Source of the DNA: Nymphaea colorata
Lineage: Eukaryota
NCBI RefSeq assembly: GCF_008831285.2
Contig: NC_045138.2
Span: forward strand, 5,270,001 to 5,334,000
Direction: 5' to 3'
Length of the DNA: 64,000 nucleotides
The translations under genes were made by a program, and so were the position numbers. Below the pieces are notes generated by a model. The model ran no database searches. It saw only the letters and a program-made list of their open reading frames with translations, and was not told where the DNA came from. Numbering within the stretch: position 1 is the first letter of the stretch; every line of letters starts with the position of its first letter. Below, piece by piece: positions 29,255 through 42,636 of this stretch.

Positions 29255-32200
29255 TGTTCCCTTGTGTCGTGTCTATATTGTCATCCTTTGCTTTTGCTGT
29301 ATTTTGCTTTTTTTATCTTAAGTCTTAGTGTAAGCTCGAATGTTCCCCGGTGTCGGAGCACCTTCCTAAAACCGGCCCCAAGTGTAAGATTGGGATTCTT
29401 TGTTTTGGATGGTCAGCATGGGAATTCTGTAAGCGGCTTCGGGCATCCATTGTAAGTAAAGTGTAAAAGCTTACTTGCTTTTCCTCGTGATTTACTCAAC
29501 TGTTTAAGTGAATATATTGTGAGTTTTCTTTCCACACTTTTTGTGTATTTTGTGTCTTGAGTTTTCGAAAAAACGTTCAAGTGATCTATGCCCACTTGAA
29601 CAAGGCGAAGGCTTGTGGCTTACTGGCGAGAGTTTGCAGCACTGCACGGTCCGAAGGAGTCAGCCCGTGACAACTGGTATCAAAGCTAGGTTCTGCTCAA
29701 TCTGGGCAAGCAATTAGAGAGTCGGTGTAGAGCTTCACGCTGGCATGCTGGTGTTGATGAGAACGCCATGGCATCACAATGCAATCTGCAATGTGACAAA
29801 GGCAAGGAGCCAGCCTGTCCAGAGGAGATGAGCCCGGCCCATGACTTGGGAAACCTAGAGGGGACGGTTTATCAGTTGGTCACAGATGTGGCCACCCATG
29901 AGGAAGCCCTCGGCTTTGCTGTCAAAACGTTTGAGGGACTCAAGGACGAGATGAAGTTGATGCGGGAACAGATGCCAAGTTAGTGGCCATGAACCGATTA
30001 CTCTCTGACTTGGTGAAGACCCTACAGGATGAAGTCGCTGGACTTCGGGCTTCAAACCAGAGATTGCTACGTACTAACTCAGCCAGTAGTAGTCAAGAGA
30101 GGACCAATAGGGTCGAGTTCAACGTCCGGTGAAGTACAATGGTAGCCGAGATGTCAGGGTGATCGATAACTTTCTATTCCAAGTTGACTACTACCTGGAC
30201 TTGCAGAACTTAGTAGAAGAGGACCTGAAGATCAAGACCGCAATGATGTTGTTAAATGGAGATGTTGCGGCTTAGTGGAGGCAGAAAATGTTGGACATTG
30301 AGAATGGGGACTACACAATTCGTACCTTCAACGACTTTTGCAAGCAGTTAAAGGGGTACTTCATGCCCATGGATGCTAAAAGACATGCTTATCAGTTGGT
30401 TGTGAACCTAAAGTAGAAAAGTGCTTTGAGAGATTACATCAGAGTCTACCAAAAGGTCATGTTGGACGTACCTATGATGCCAAAAAAAGATAAACTTCAC
30501 TGGTTCATTATAGGACCCAAATTTTTGGCCCAAGCCAACGTGGAGAGATCGAATCCAGAGACTTTCGAATAGGCATATGTGGCAGCCGAGCGCTTGGCTG
30601 ACACCCAACACAAAAGCTACACTAATACCTTCAAGTCTATGAAGAAGTCCGACCATGGCGGTAAGAGAGAGGAACGGCGAGACAATGGAAATGAATTGTC
30701 GTCCCAGAAGCCAGCCGAGAGAAGACCCTTCTTTCGCAAGGACTACACTGGGCCACCAAGAGAAGTGACATGTTGGGTCTGTGAAGGAAAGTAGCAGGCG
30801 CGTGTCTGTCAACAACATGTGAGACCTATCAGGCAGGCCAATGCCGTGAGGGCCACCGAAGGCGAAACCAAAGGAGGGCAAACACGAATGGGTGCCGCCC
30901 AAATGATCAATGCTATCCAAAGTCACGTAGTGTCTAGAAGTATGGCGAACAAGGAGTTGATGTACCTAGACGTCACTCTGGATGGAATGTCTACTGTTAC
31001 AATGGTGGACTCCGGGGCAACGCATAACTTCCTCTCAAGAGAGAAGGCAGAACTAGTGGGATTGAAGCCTGTGCCGCAGCAGGGGACCCTTAAAATGGTG
31101 AACTCTAAAGCCAGGCCCATCCTAGGAGAAGCGAAGGGTGTAACGGTTCAAATTGAAGGCTGGACGGGATTCACTAACTTCTCTGTAGTACCCTTGGGCG
31201 ATTTCAAGGTGATTCTTGGGATGGAGTTCCTCAAAGGCCAGAATGCAATGATGTTGCTAAAGAAGATGACCCTTAGTTGAGAGTCATGACTATACATCTA
31301 AAAGAAGATGACCCTTAGTTGAGAGTCATTCTCTTAGGTCTAGCCTCTGTCCTGAAGCACTTCGAGGGAGTGATGCACCCGAGCTGTCCAAACACCTACC
31401 TCCCAGGCGTGAAGTTGATCATGAGATTGACTTGGTTCCCCAGAGCCAAGCCACCAGCTATGGTCCCCTACAGAATGGGACCGGCCGAACTAAAAGAGCT
31501 GCGGAAGCAGCTTGATAATATGCTTGAGTCAGGGATCATCCGTCCCTCTAAGGCACCCTTCGAAGCCCCTATATTGTTTCAGACAAAGCATGATGGCTCC
31601 AAGAGACTCTGTGTGGATTTCCGCAATTTGAACAAAGTGGCGGTAAAGAACAAGTATATGTTGCCTTTGATTGCAAACTTATTCGATTAGTTGGGTAAGG
31701 CGAGGATCTTTTCAAAGCTAGACCTTTTTTTTGGCTACTGGTAAATCAGAATCCTAGAAGGTGATGAACCAAAGACAACGTGTGTCACCCGATATGGAGC
31801 ATATGAGTTCCTAGTCATGCCATTCGGGTTGACGAATGCCCCCGCGACTTTCTCGACTCTCATGAACAAGATATTTTACCCCTACCTTGACAAGTTTGTG
31901 GTAGTCTACCTTGATGACATTGTGGTCTTTAGCGGCAACCTAGAGGAGCACGTCGGTCAATTGAGGATAGTGTTCCAGGTACTCAAAGAAAATGATCTCT
32001 ACGTGAAGAAGGAGATGTGTCTCTTTGGCAAATAAGAAATCAGTTTCCTCGGCCATATTGTAGGAGATGGCCAGCTGCGAATGGACCCAGAGAAAGTGAA
32101 AGTTGTTCAAGATTGGAATCTGCCCTCAAATGTGTCTGAATTGCGGTCCTTTCTTGGGTTGGACAATTACTATCGGTGGTTGAACATGGGGTACTCATTG

Positions 32201-34624
32201 ATAGCGGTGCCCCTCACTGACCTTCTCAAAAAGAATAGATTCTGGATTTGGACTCAGCCTGCCCAAGATGCCTTTGAAGGTTTGAAGCATGCCCTTGTAC
32301 AAGAGTCTGTTCTCAGGTTGCCAGATCACTCAAAGCCCTTTGAAGTACACACAGACGCCTCAAATTTTGCCATCAACGGAGTACTAATGCAGGACGGTCA
32401 CCCGATCGCCTGTGAGAGCCGGAAGCTAAAGGACCATGAAATGTGGTACAGTGCATGAACGGGAGATGACCGCCATTGTGCATTGCTTGCGCATATGGAG
32501 GCATTACCTACTGGGGGCAGAGTTTGTCGTCAAGATAGATAATGTCGCCACCAACTACTTCAAGTCCCAGAAGAAGTTAGCTCTGAAGCAGGCTCGTTGG
32601 CAGGAATTCTTGGCGGAGTCTGACTTTGCTTTGGAATAGAAGGTTGGCAAGACCAACGTGGTAGCGGATGCATTGAGTCGAAAGGTAGAACTTGCAGCCT
32701 CTCGAGCGCGGACCTCTAAAGCCCAATTGGAGGGTGCGCTCCTCGAGCGGGTTCGTGAAGGAATGCGGCAAGACTTATCGGCCCAACACTTGGTTGCCTT
32801 GGCTGAAGCAGGGAAGACTCGAAGATTCTGGCTACGAGATGGATTGCTCCTCACCAACGGCGGAAGCATTTTCATGCCGAAGTGCCACGATACGCTTTGG
32901 TCTGGCCATTCAGGCTAAGAGTGGACTCTGGCCCTTCTTGAACGGGGGTACTATTGGCCCCAAATGCGCGAGGATGTGGAGATGTATGTGAAGACCTGCC
33001 TCATCTGCTAGCAGGACAAGAGGAGTAACCAGAAGCCTACCGGCCTGCTCGAGCCTCTTCTTGTTCTGGAGCATCCGTGGGAGAGCATCTCCATGGACTT
33101 CATTGTGAGTCTTCCCAGAGTTGATGGCTACAGCTCTACCGTCGTTGTTGTGGACATGTTTTCTAAGTATACCATGTTCATCCCAACCTTGAAGGAGAGC
33201 CCAACGGAGAAGACGACAGAGATGTTTGTGAAAAACATCGTGAAGTACTGGAGTGTGCCGAAAAGTATTGTGAGCGATCGCGATGCTTGCTTCACGGGTA
33301 AGTTTAGGCATGAAGTGTTTCGGTTGCTTGGTTCAGACTTGTTATTTTCCACAAGCTTGCTCCCGTAAACTGATGGCCAGACTGAACACATCAATGCCTT
33401 GTTGGAACAGTACCTGCGGCACTTTGTCAATGCCAACCAGAAAAACTGGGTAAAGTTGCTCGATGTTGCCCAATTTTGTTACAACCTATAGAAGAGCGAG
33501 TCTTCCGACCACAACCCCTTCGAAGTAGCCACCGGACAACAACCATTAAAGTCTCATGGTCTTGCTGCCCAAGTAAAGGGAAAACCTAGCTTCACCTACC
33601 AGTTCGTCAGGGACTGGCAAGAACAGACAGAGGTAGGTAAGGCATTCTTGCACAAGGCTGCCAAAAAGATAAACAAATGGACTAACAAGAATCGGAGACC
33701 TACTGAGTTTCGAGGGAGACCAAGTTCTTGTCAAACTATACCCAGACCCCTCGGGTATCTTCTGTGGACGACACCGAGCACTGATCCGGAAGTATGACGG
33801 GTTGTTTACTGTGGTCAAGAGGATTGGAAAGCTTGGAAAGCTTGGAAAGCTAGCATACAAGTTAGACTTTCCACCAGACTTCAAGGTGCATTTTATGTTT
33901 CACGTCTGCAACCTTAAGTCCTTCTATGCCGATGATGAAGATCCGGAGAAAAGCTAGTCGCGACGAGAGCCGATCTTGCAACGAGTTCCTTCGACCCGAA
34001 GGGCCACCGACTGAAAGTTAGACCAGATCCTTCAACACAAAGTCAACTACCTTGGTGAACTGAAGCGATACTTGGTCGAGTGGGTAGATGAAGACCAGCC
34101 AACATGGGAGTATGCCTTTCATTTGAAGGGAAGCCATTTAGAAGAAGTCAAGATCTACCATGAAGTTGCTAGCGCCGAGGATGGTGCTTGATTTGAAAAG
34201 GGGAGCTTGTTCCCTTGTGTCGTGTCTGTATAGTCATATTTTGCTTTTGCTATATTTTGCTTTGTTTATGTTGAGTCTTGGTATAAATTCAAATGTTCAC
34301 CTGTGTCGAAGCACCCTCCCAAAACCGGCCCTAAGTGTAAGATTAGGATTCCTTGTTTTGGATGGTCGGCATGAGAATTCTGTAAGTGGCTTCTACCATC
34401 CTTTGTAAGTAAAGTGTAAAAGCTTACTTACTTTCTCTCGTGATGTACTCAACTATTTAAGTGAATATATTGCGAGTCTTCTTCCCACACTCATTGTATA
34501 CTTTGTGTCTTGAGTTTTGAAAAAGCATTCAAGTGATCTGTGCCCACTCGAATAAGGTGAAGGCTTGCTACTTACTAGCGAGAGTTTGCCACGCTGCACG
34601 GTTTGAAGGAGTCGGCCCGTGACA
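29255..34624 (+). mobile_element. Full-length decayed Ty3/gypsy chromovirus (probably Galadriel-like)
   Basis: LTRs 29255-29672 and 34208-34624 (TG...CA); PBS tggtatcaaagc 29675-29686; PPT gaaaaggggag at ~34195-34205; flanks ctggt/ctggc. Protease VDSGATHNF, RT YLDD, RNaseH HTDAS, integrase MDFIVSLP and a chromodomain-like remnant RYLVEWVDEDQPTWE (~34067). Multiple stops; clade assignment is from memory. Confidence 0.94.
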
Positions 34625-37568
34625 CTGGCTGCATATTAATATGAGAAAGTATCAAGAAAAGTTTAAAAAATGAAGTACATGATTGAATATCACTCTTCCC
34701 TTAGACACTATTATGAAAAAACTACCAAGAGAAGTTTTGAAAACAGAATACATGATTAAATCTTACATGCTAGTATGAGAATGTAGCAAGAGAAGTTTCG
34801 AAAACTAAGTACATGACTGAATGTGTCTCTTCCCTGGACACTATGTTGTCGTTTTGACCGTCTTTGGGAGTGGCATAGCCACATGTGGGCTAAGCTGCCC
34901 CAGACCAGCTCTTTAAAATTTCTTTATTTTTACATAGCAAACTTAATATTTTTTTTCTTTTATACATATATAAGTGCCCCCTAAAGATATAAATGTTTTT
35001 AAACAAGCTGCTCTTTGAATTACAAACACAATGGCATTATTTTTATCTAATGATATGGACAAGGCTATATCCATTCCAAATTAAATAGCTTCATGAACTC
35101 ATTTAAATGGTTGCTACTGAAAGAAATGAGGCATGACAGTGTAGAACTTCCAAATGAACAAATTTTCAGATTGGTAGAAATGATACATCTCATATATGCA
35201 ATAAAAAAAGGCAATAGGCCGATCTACCTCTCAAGATCTTGTGAGTTTCAATCCATTGACGCGTCCAAGACATGATATTTGATGAAAGACACTAAAAGAA
35301 TGAGATGCACAAATGACTTATGTTGATGTTTGTGGAATCACTCACATCAAAACTATTCAATTAGGTGGTCAACTTTGTCTAGTATATTGTTCACCAAGTA
35401 TTGCTTCAAACTTAAATTATTGTTATCTATACATTCATTTTTTTTCAGGTCAATGAAGTAATAGTGTAGTCAACTTTTTGGAATTGACATGCCGAGCATA
35501 GCTAGTTGGATTGAGGGGCGCTCTGATGGTACATCCTTAGTTTCATTCTTATGGGAGCCACTTCTCTAGACTTTGGAAAGAAAGGAACTAAAATGTGCAT
35601 CGAAGAAGTTGGAATGATCTCATCATTTCCCAGATTTGAAACATAGGTCATCTGCGAATACCTGTGGCCACTTCGGTTAGAATCAAGTAGTAGTATCATG
35701 TGCATATCATGGTGCATCTTTGACTCCCATTTCCAGTGGTGGAGTTAAGAATATCTCTTTTAGTAAGGATGTCAATACATTCGAGATATCCAACCAAACC
35801 ATTTTGAAAAACCAGTTATAGAAAAAAAATATAATGTCCAATTGAAAAATCGGATCAGGTTTGGATTTAAGGAATGACATTCTATTGGATTCAGATTCAG
35901 ATTCAGATTCAGATATATATAAATATTTGATCAGATTCAAATTCAGATTGGATTTGGTTTTAAACAAATATCATACATCTAACACTCTTATATATTGAAA
36001 GTCAGCTAGATTTGGTTCAAAATTCGGATTTGGAAGTGAATGCAAAGTTGGATTCAGATCATATTCAGTTGCAAAATTGAATTTCAGACTTAGATATGAC
36101 TTTTATTCATTCATGTTCAAATCAGAATTCAAATATGAACACGTGAATATTTGAAAAAGCAGCTACATATGGTTAAGAGTATATTTTATTCGTATCTGAT
36201 CCGTTGACATCCCTTTCGCTGATGGCATATGACAAGCAAACCTGGGTGGCAGCTCCTATGGATAGATCCACAATCCAAGTCCACTCCTCATTAAAAAGCT
36301 GTTGACCCTGCCAGCAACTGCTCATACCAGCCCACATCTGGCTTATTTGCTGCTCTTTTTTGCCATTGATATGCGTAAGAAAGAGTGTATCAGTCACCTC
36401 TTTGCGATGCTAAGCTTGCCTATTGCATTCCTTCCAATTGCAAATCTCATGCTCATTCATTTCTCAGGGGCTGCATGTTTGTCTTCTGATTGTTGAGTTG
36501 AGTTGGACAATTTATGTGGATATAGTAAGGATGTCAGCAGATCACATTTGAATCAGATATACTTTTAACCGTATCAACTTTTCTGGATATTCACATCTTC
36601 ATATTTGAAAAACAAAGAAATTTATATCTGAATCCAAATTCAAAGTCTGATTTCACAATTGACTTTGACATTCATATCTAAATCTGAATCCAAATTTTGG
36701 ACCAAATTTAGCCATTTTTTAGAATTTAAGAGCATTACATATAGGATATTTCTTTAAAAATAAATCTGATGAATCTGAATATGATCGGATATTATGTATA
36801 TCTGAATCCAATCATATGTCATTTCTTAAATACAAAAATGATTTGACTTATTAACCAGATATTTTCTTTTATAATATCTGATTTTTTTTTACATAGTTTG
36901 GTCAGATATCTGATCGAAATCAGATATACTGACATCTCTACATATAGAGTAATTAGCAGCTCAGGTTTCCTATGGAAGATGGTGGGAGTTAGGCTCCGGA
37001 CTTGTATTAACAAAAAATGGTACTTACAGCTGCCAAAAATGGGGATCCATAGCGTGTAGACCATAGTGAAAACTTAGCTATTGTGACCGAGTGGCAGAGC
37101 TACATTATTGCTAGTGTGGGCACTTTCCCATACCAACCCAAAAAATTATGCTATTTACATACAAAAACTTCATTAATTTTCAGTTTTTTACATATCAGTG
37201 CCCCTTAAGATATGAATCTTACAGTTGAAGTGCCTCTCAACTAGAAATTTCTAGCTCTACCACTGACTGCAACCATAAATACATGTAATGAGATTTTAGG
37301 AAGAGTGGAGATGTACCCCTTTTGGCTCATATGGGGCTTCCCATAGTTTTAACTTGTTAAATTTGTTAAACAAAATAAGAAAAAACGTCACAATGTTTTG
37401 CATTTTTCCTGTTTGGGAGAGCAGAATTAGTATTTGAAGTCACTTTTATTTACAATAAAGTCCCCATAAAGTCTAAGTCTGCTTTTGGTGCCTTCGAAAA
37501 GGTACCTACATTATGCATCAATTTGCATATTGGTGCCTCCCTTTTGCAGTATGGGGAGTTGACACAGT

Positions 37569-37601
37569 TAAGGGTGGGCATCGGGCCAGGCCGGGCCGGG
37601 C
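37569..37601 (+). mobile_element. Isolated hAT-type terminus related to the 54887-55996 element
   Basis: taagggtgggcatcgggccaggccgggc compared with taaggctgggcatagggccgggtcgggc at 54887; it begins exactly where similarity to copy A breaks. Confidence 0.65.
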
Positions 37602-38267
37602 TTGATACATCTCACAAAACTTGATGCAGCCACTGGCAGACGGGCTTGATGACAAGAGTGACCAGCAACATTATTAGGGCGTCCAATGGGAAGTTCCCTA
37701 TCACTATGATTTCTTCTTTGCCACCAGTTTCTTCCTCTATTTAAAATCTTTTCCGCTTCCCTGCAAGTAAAATAACTTTTAGGATAAAAACCAAAAACTA
37801 GAAACTGCTAAAATGACTGTAGTAGTAAAGATGCAGAAAGCAAGAAAGATAATTATTTTTATCCTAGAAGTCAATTAGAAGTCATTTTTTAAAGAATTAG
37901 AATACGTCAGATTTCTTAGTTGGATGTTAGATTATTTTTTCATATCCGACTTATTTAAAGCAATTTGGACAATGGATATTCAATTCAAATGCAATCCATT
38001 GACATATGATCAATCAATCATTAATCTCATCAATAAACCTACTAGCAAGGGAAGACTTGTGTGTAGCTGGGTAGAAGGAAAGAGGGAATTTAGAATCAAA
38101 TTTATTACTTTTATTATAACACTATTTTCAGTAACACATTTGGGTTCTAGAGCTAACATTTTAAATGCACAAGTACAATTAATACACCACCAGAACACAA
38201 GACAACCTTTCCCTTTTTTTTCACACAATAAATATTACAATCAGATGTAAATGAATGAATGAATCGA

Positions 38268-38423
38268 TTACCTTGATTTCAGGAAATCTGTGAACCACTT
38301 CACTGAGTCCTTGGCATGCCTGGTCAAGTTATTGTTGTAGTCCACAAAGTAGAGCCTGAACCTTGATGTGAAGCCAGCAGTCCACTCCCAATTGTCCAGG
38401 AGTGACCACACAAAGTACCCTTC
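38268..38423 (-). pseudogene. Displaced 3' coding exon fragment of a glycoside hydrolase family 1 beta-glucosidase
   Basis: Translates to [51 protein letters not shown], the canonical GH1 C-terminal motif. It is too short for the ORF track, and no upstream GH1 exons were seen. Confidence 0.9.
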
Positions 38424-39926
38424 CGAACAATTTCAGAAAAGAGCACTTGTAAGAAAGTCACTGACATTTTTTAAGCGGCTGTTAGTGACGGTATGATACC
38501 GTTCCATGCATCTGTTCCAAAAAGTGGGTCAGATTAGTCCAATATTTTTAAAGTGTCTAATGAATCTAATCAATTTTTGTGTTAGATGTATGAGACAGTC
38601 ACATAACGTTATTATTCTTAAATGGCTCCTAGATTCCTTTTCCAAACTCTTGAATGTATTTTTGTCCTTGTAATCAAGTGTAAGGGTTAAGTTGTGCTTC
38701 CCTTAAAATAATGCTTCCCTTAAAATAATCTAACATCCCCATAAAGTCCAAGTCTGCTTTTGGTGCCTTGAAAAGGTACCCATTATGCATCAATCTGCAT
38801 ATCGGTGCCTCTCTTTTGCAGCACAGGGAGTTGACACAATGGAGATTTGAAACGGAAACTAGCAGCCTACCCGCCCTCACCCGCCTTATGCACCAACACC
38901 CTTGGGGATGCAGTTCCCCTTTGTGGAGCCTATGTACTCCTGCGGAAGCTAGGATAAATGTCGTGTACTGTGATACTAAGAGTTGTGCATGTAATAACTT
39001 TGTTTTTTTTTTTGGCATATACAATGGACACAAAAAGACTTTTGAGAGAAGCTCAAATGCTTGTTCATGTTATCCCTGTTCTAACTCTACCTGTTCTACA
39101 GGGTTTTCCATCGATATTTTTTGGTGATATTTCCAGTGTTTTCTTTACTAGAACTTTTTATGTTGTTTTGTTTGGTTAAAATCTTACTTTTTGCACACAC
39201 ACACACTCAGCCATATCCTTGTATACAAATTCTTGCAAGTGTTTCACACCTTTACTCATATTAGAACTTGTACACGTACCTATGTGACATTGCATGATAT
39301 GTAATTGTTGTCAACATAAATACAGTATGTCATAGTTGAATGACATGTTTAAGGGCATCCAAACTAGTTTACATTTGAAAACTGTAAAATACCAAAAGAA
39401 GCATTTGGTATGGATTGAAGTAGATTCATGGAACAGTACTACATTTAAGAGTTTCATGAATATACCCAAATCTATAGCAGAAACTAATACATAGAGTACT
39501 ATCATAGTATTCATGCTACCAAACACTATAAAAAAGAGTTATGCATAAGGAGCCATTTGAAAATTAAGCTACGCTGTGGTATATGGAGCCTGGCAACAAA
39601 AGGTTTGAGGTTTGTTCAGTTTTTGTAGATCACCATTAATTGCATTCATTTGGTTCTATATTTTGACTGAAGAATCATGCCATAATCAATAACTTCCACA
39701 AGAACATATAAACATGTGTTTGATTACTCCAATCCCTTCTTCTTGACAAAGATATAAGATCCGTTTCAAAATTTTATGAAATACATAATAAATTTGTAAT
39801 TTCGAGCATTCCATTCTGTTGATCAGAAGCACTCATGACTTTACAGCCACCTAACATTGGCCACTCAGAGTACAATCTTCCTTGACCCAATCAGTGAAAA
39901 CTAAGTACGCATACATATGTCAAACA

Positions 39927-40402
39927 TGTTGGGATTTCTCCCCATTTCGCATATACAAAACCAAACGTATATACCCTAAAACAGGATCATGCTCATGCTA
40001 AATCATTGAATCAAACATAACCTTAAACTTAAAGCGGAAGCGTACCTGAATCCATCTGATCTGGTGCACGGGAAGATCGCAGCATGGTCTTCCAGGGTAC
40101 GTGCGGCGCGCTTGAGGTCTCTCTCAGATGGGGAAGAGGAAAACCCTAGAAACCAATGTTTCAGGCAACCCTTGCACGACCCGAGGGACCACTACCATTA
40201 TATAATAAGGACAATTACGGATTCCACCCATCAAAGAGTCCGTAATTCCGTACTGGTATCTATACATTTCAAAATTATCTCATACCATCTAAAATGACGT
40301 AATATCCCAAATTGCAATCACTTAAGCGGATATTTACGTTAAGACAGCCATAATGTCTGAAATTCCTCATAGACATATGTCGGCCCACCAAATGATCTTA
40401 CA
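39927..40402 (-). repeat. Left LTR (3' LTR in element orientation)
   Basis: tgttggg...cttaca, 476 bp. Confidence 0.96.
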
Positions 40403-42636
40403 ATCTCCCACTTGGGCCAAATATGTCTTAATACATTCAGACATTACACAAAACCTTAAGAGCTCATAACTGCTATCTTATTAAACGTCATTTCACCAAT
40501 CTCGTCCATGATCATATCAACACAAAACCAAAGCGGCTTTCGCTATATCAAAAGTTAGCTAAACTTTCAATGATTACAAATGTTAACATAACCAATGACA
40601 TAGATCTGATATGGATGTATAGCATGAGAATTACATGCAATGTGATTACAACATGTCTATTCTCAACTGGTCCAACTTTAAAAACTTTATGAAGATCAAA
40701 ACATAAACAAAGAATGGAACCAAAGAACTTTAAACTTTATTTTGCATAAAACTGAATACGTGTCCATACATTAGAGCAAACAAAATACAAACTCCCACTA
40801 AATCAGCACATCATCCAAGGATAACACCCCATACGAACAACATGTTCGTGAAAGACCTTTGTGTTAAACCCTTGGCAAGCGAATCCGCAATTCATATAGT
40901 TTGTCCCAATATGCTCTAAAGACACTTGACCATTCTGTATCCCCTCTTTAACAGCCCAAAAACTTAATGTTGATGTGCTTCGACTTTGACAAACTGTGGC
41001 TGTTATAAGAGTATATGACTACTGAATTATTGTCACGCAACAACCTTAGCGGTCTTTCTATACCATACATAATACGCAGCCTCGTGACAAAATTCTGCAA
41101 TCACAAAACCTGATTGGATGTCATTATCTTGGCACCCAGCAAAGTCAGAATATGAATACCCAATGATCTCCCACTGGTCTGACATCTTGTATGTAAGCAT
41201 AAAATCTTATGTTCTTTTCATGTACCTCAAAACTCTTTTTGACTGCTATTTAATGATCCATACCAGGATCACTTAAGTATCTGCCTAACATTTCAATGAT
41301 AAATGCAATATCCGGACGAGTACAAACCTGAACATACATAAGGCTTCCCATAACAGACGAATAGGGAATCCTTTCAATTTCCTTAGATTCGATTTCACTT
41401 TTAGGGCACTGTTTGAGACTAAACTTGTCTCTATTAGCAACTGGAGTATCTTCTGGTTTACAATCTTTCATGCCATATTGCTGAAGCACCTTATCAATGT
41501 AGGTCTTTTGTGATAATCCAAGAATACCCCGAGAACGATCTCGAAATATTTGGATTCCTAATACAAAAGATGCACAACCAAGATCCTTCATGTCAAATTG
41601 TGTTGACAAAAATTCTTAGTTTCATGCAATATGCCCACATCATTACTTGTCAGCAATAAATTATTGACATATAAAACCAGAAAGATAAATTTGCCTCACT
41701 GAAGTTTTGGTATACACATTCATCAACCATATTAGTCTCGAAACCAAATGAAACTATATTTTAATGAAATTTGTAATACCATTGATTGGAAAGCTTGCTT
41801 TAGTCCATATATGGATTTCCTTTGTGACACCTCTACTTAATTTTCTTGAGGTTGTTGAGTTTGTTCTTAAGTATGGAGATCGACATCATTGCTTTTTTCT
41901 GAATAGAGTGGACTCAGGTCCCTCTTCAAAAGCAATGCTTCTAACTTGATCACCTCCCCAAACTCAATATCCTCAAAGAAAAAAAGGACAATTCCATTTT
42001 AAAGAAAGACTTACTGAATGGATTATAAAACTTATAACCCCTTAATGTTTGTTCATTTTCCCTTTATACATACACAAACATTAAAGTCTACAAAATCAAA
42101 GGGACTCAAGAATTCTATTTGACATAAGCCTTTTATTCTCTTTTCAGAGATTTGTCCTAAGCGCCAATGCCATAACATAGCAGAATTCTCTTTGACTAAT
42201 TTCTTTTAGTACCACTAAACGTAACATGCAAGGTTTTATGATATGAAGCAACTGTATCAAGCAAATAGAGGTTATAGCAACTAGACAAAGAACCAGTAGC
42301 AATCAAATTTGAATGCAGAAACAACTTAAATTTATTTCCTCCAAATGAAAAATAATAACCAAATTTGTCCAGTAAAGAAATAAAAAATAAATTCCGTCTA
42401 AAAGACACGGTACTACATAAGTTTCTGTCAAATTCAAAAAACAACCAGTCTTTAACAATAACCCAAAAAATCTGCTATGGCTTCAATCTTCGCCTTCATG
42501 TCATCGCCCTCATAGATGAATCTTTCAGCATCAATTGGCGTCTGACAATTTAGGCAGCCCTGAACAAAAGACACTTATGTGAGTAGTAGCTACCGAATAT
42601 ACCCACAAGTGTCTTGGTACTAAAATTAAATTAACC

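Larger units (their letters stand above)
35360..39160 (+). repeat. Segmental duplication, copy B (paralog of 1650-3965) with extra segments
   Basis: Colinear with copy A plus ~195 bp (35480-35675) and ~1.17 kb (37569-38735) absent from A; 37459-37567 recurs at ~38736-38840. Confidence 0.88.

Noticed and set aside
35020..35330. Possible hAT transposase C-terminal relic
   Set aside because: Only a vague resemblance; no motif I could translate convincingly.
38695..38728. tgcttcccttaaaataa x2 as the right TIR of the 37569 hAT end
   Set aside because: Weak match to the TIR, no subterminal GGCCC motifs and no 8-bp TSD; more likely a small tandem duplication.
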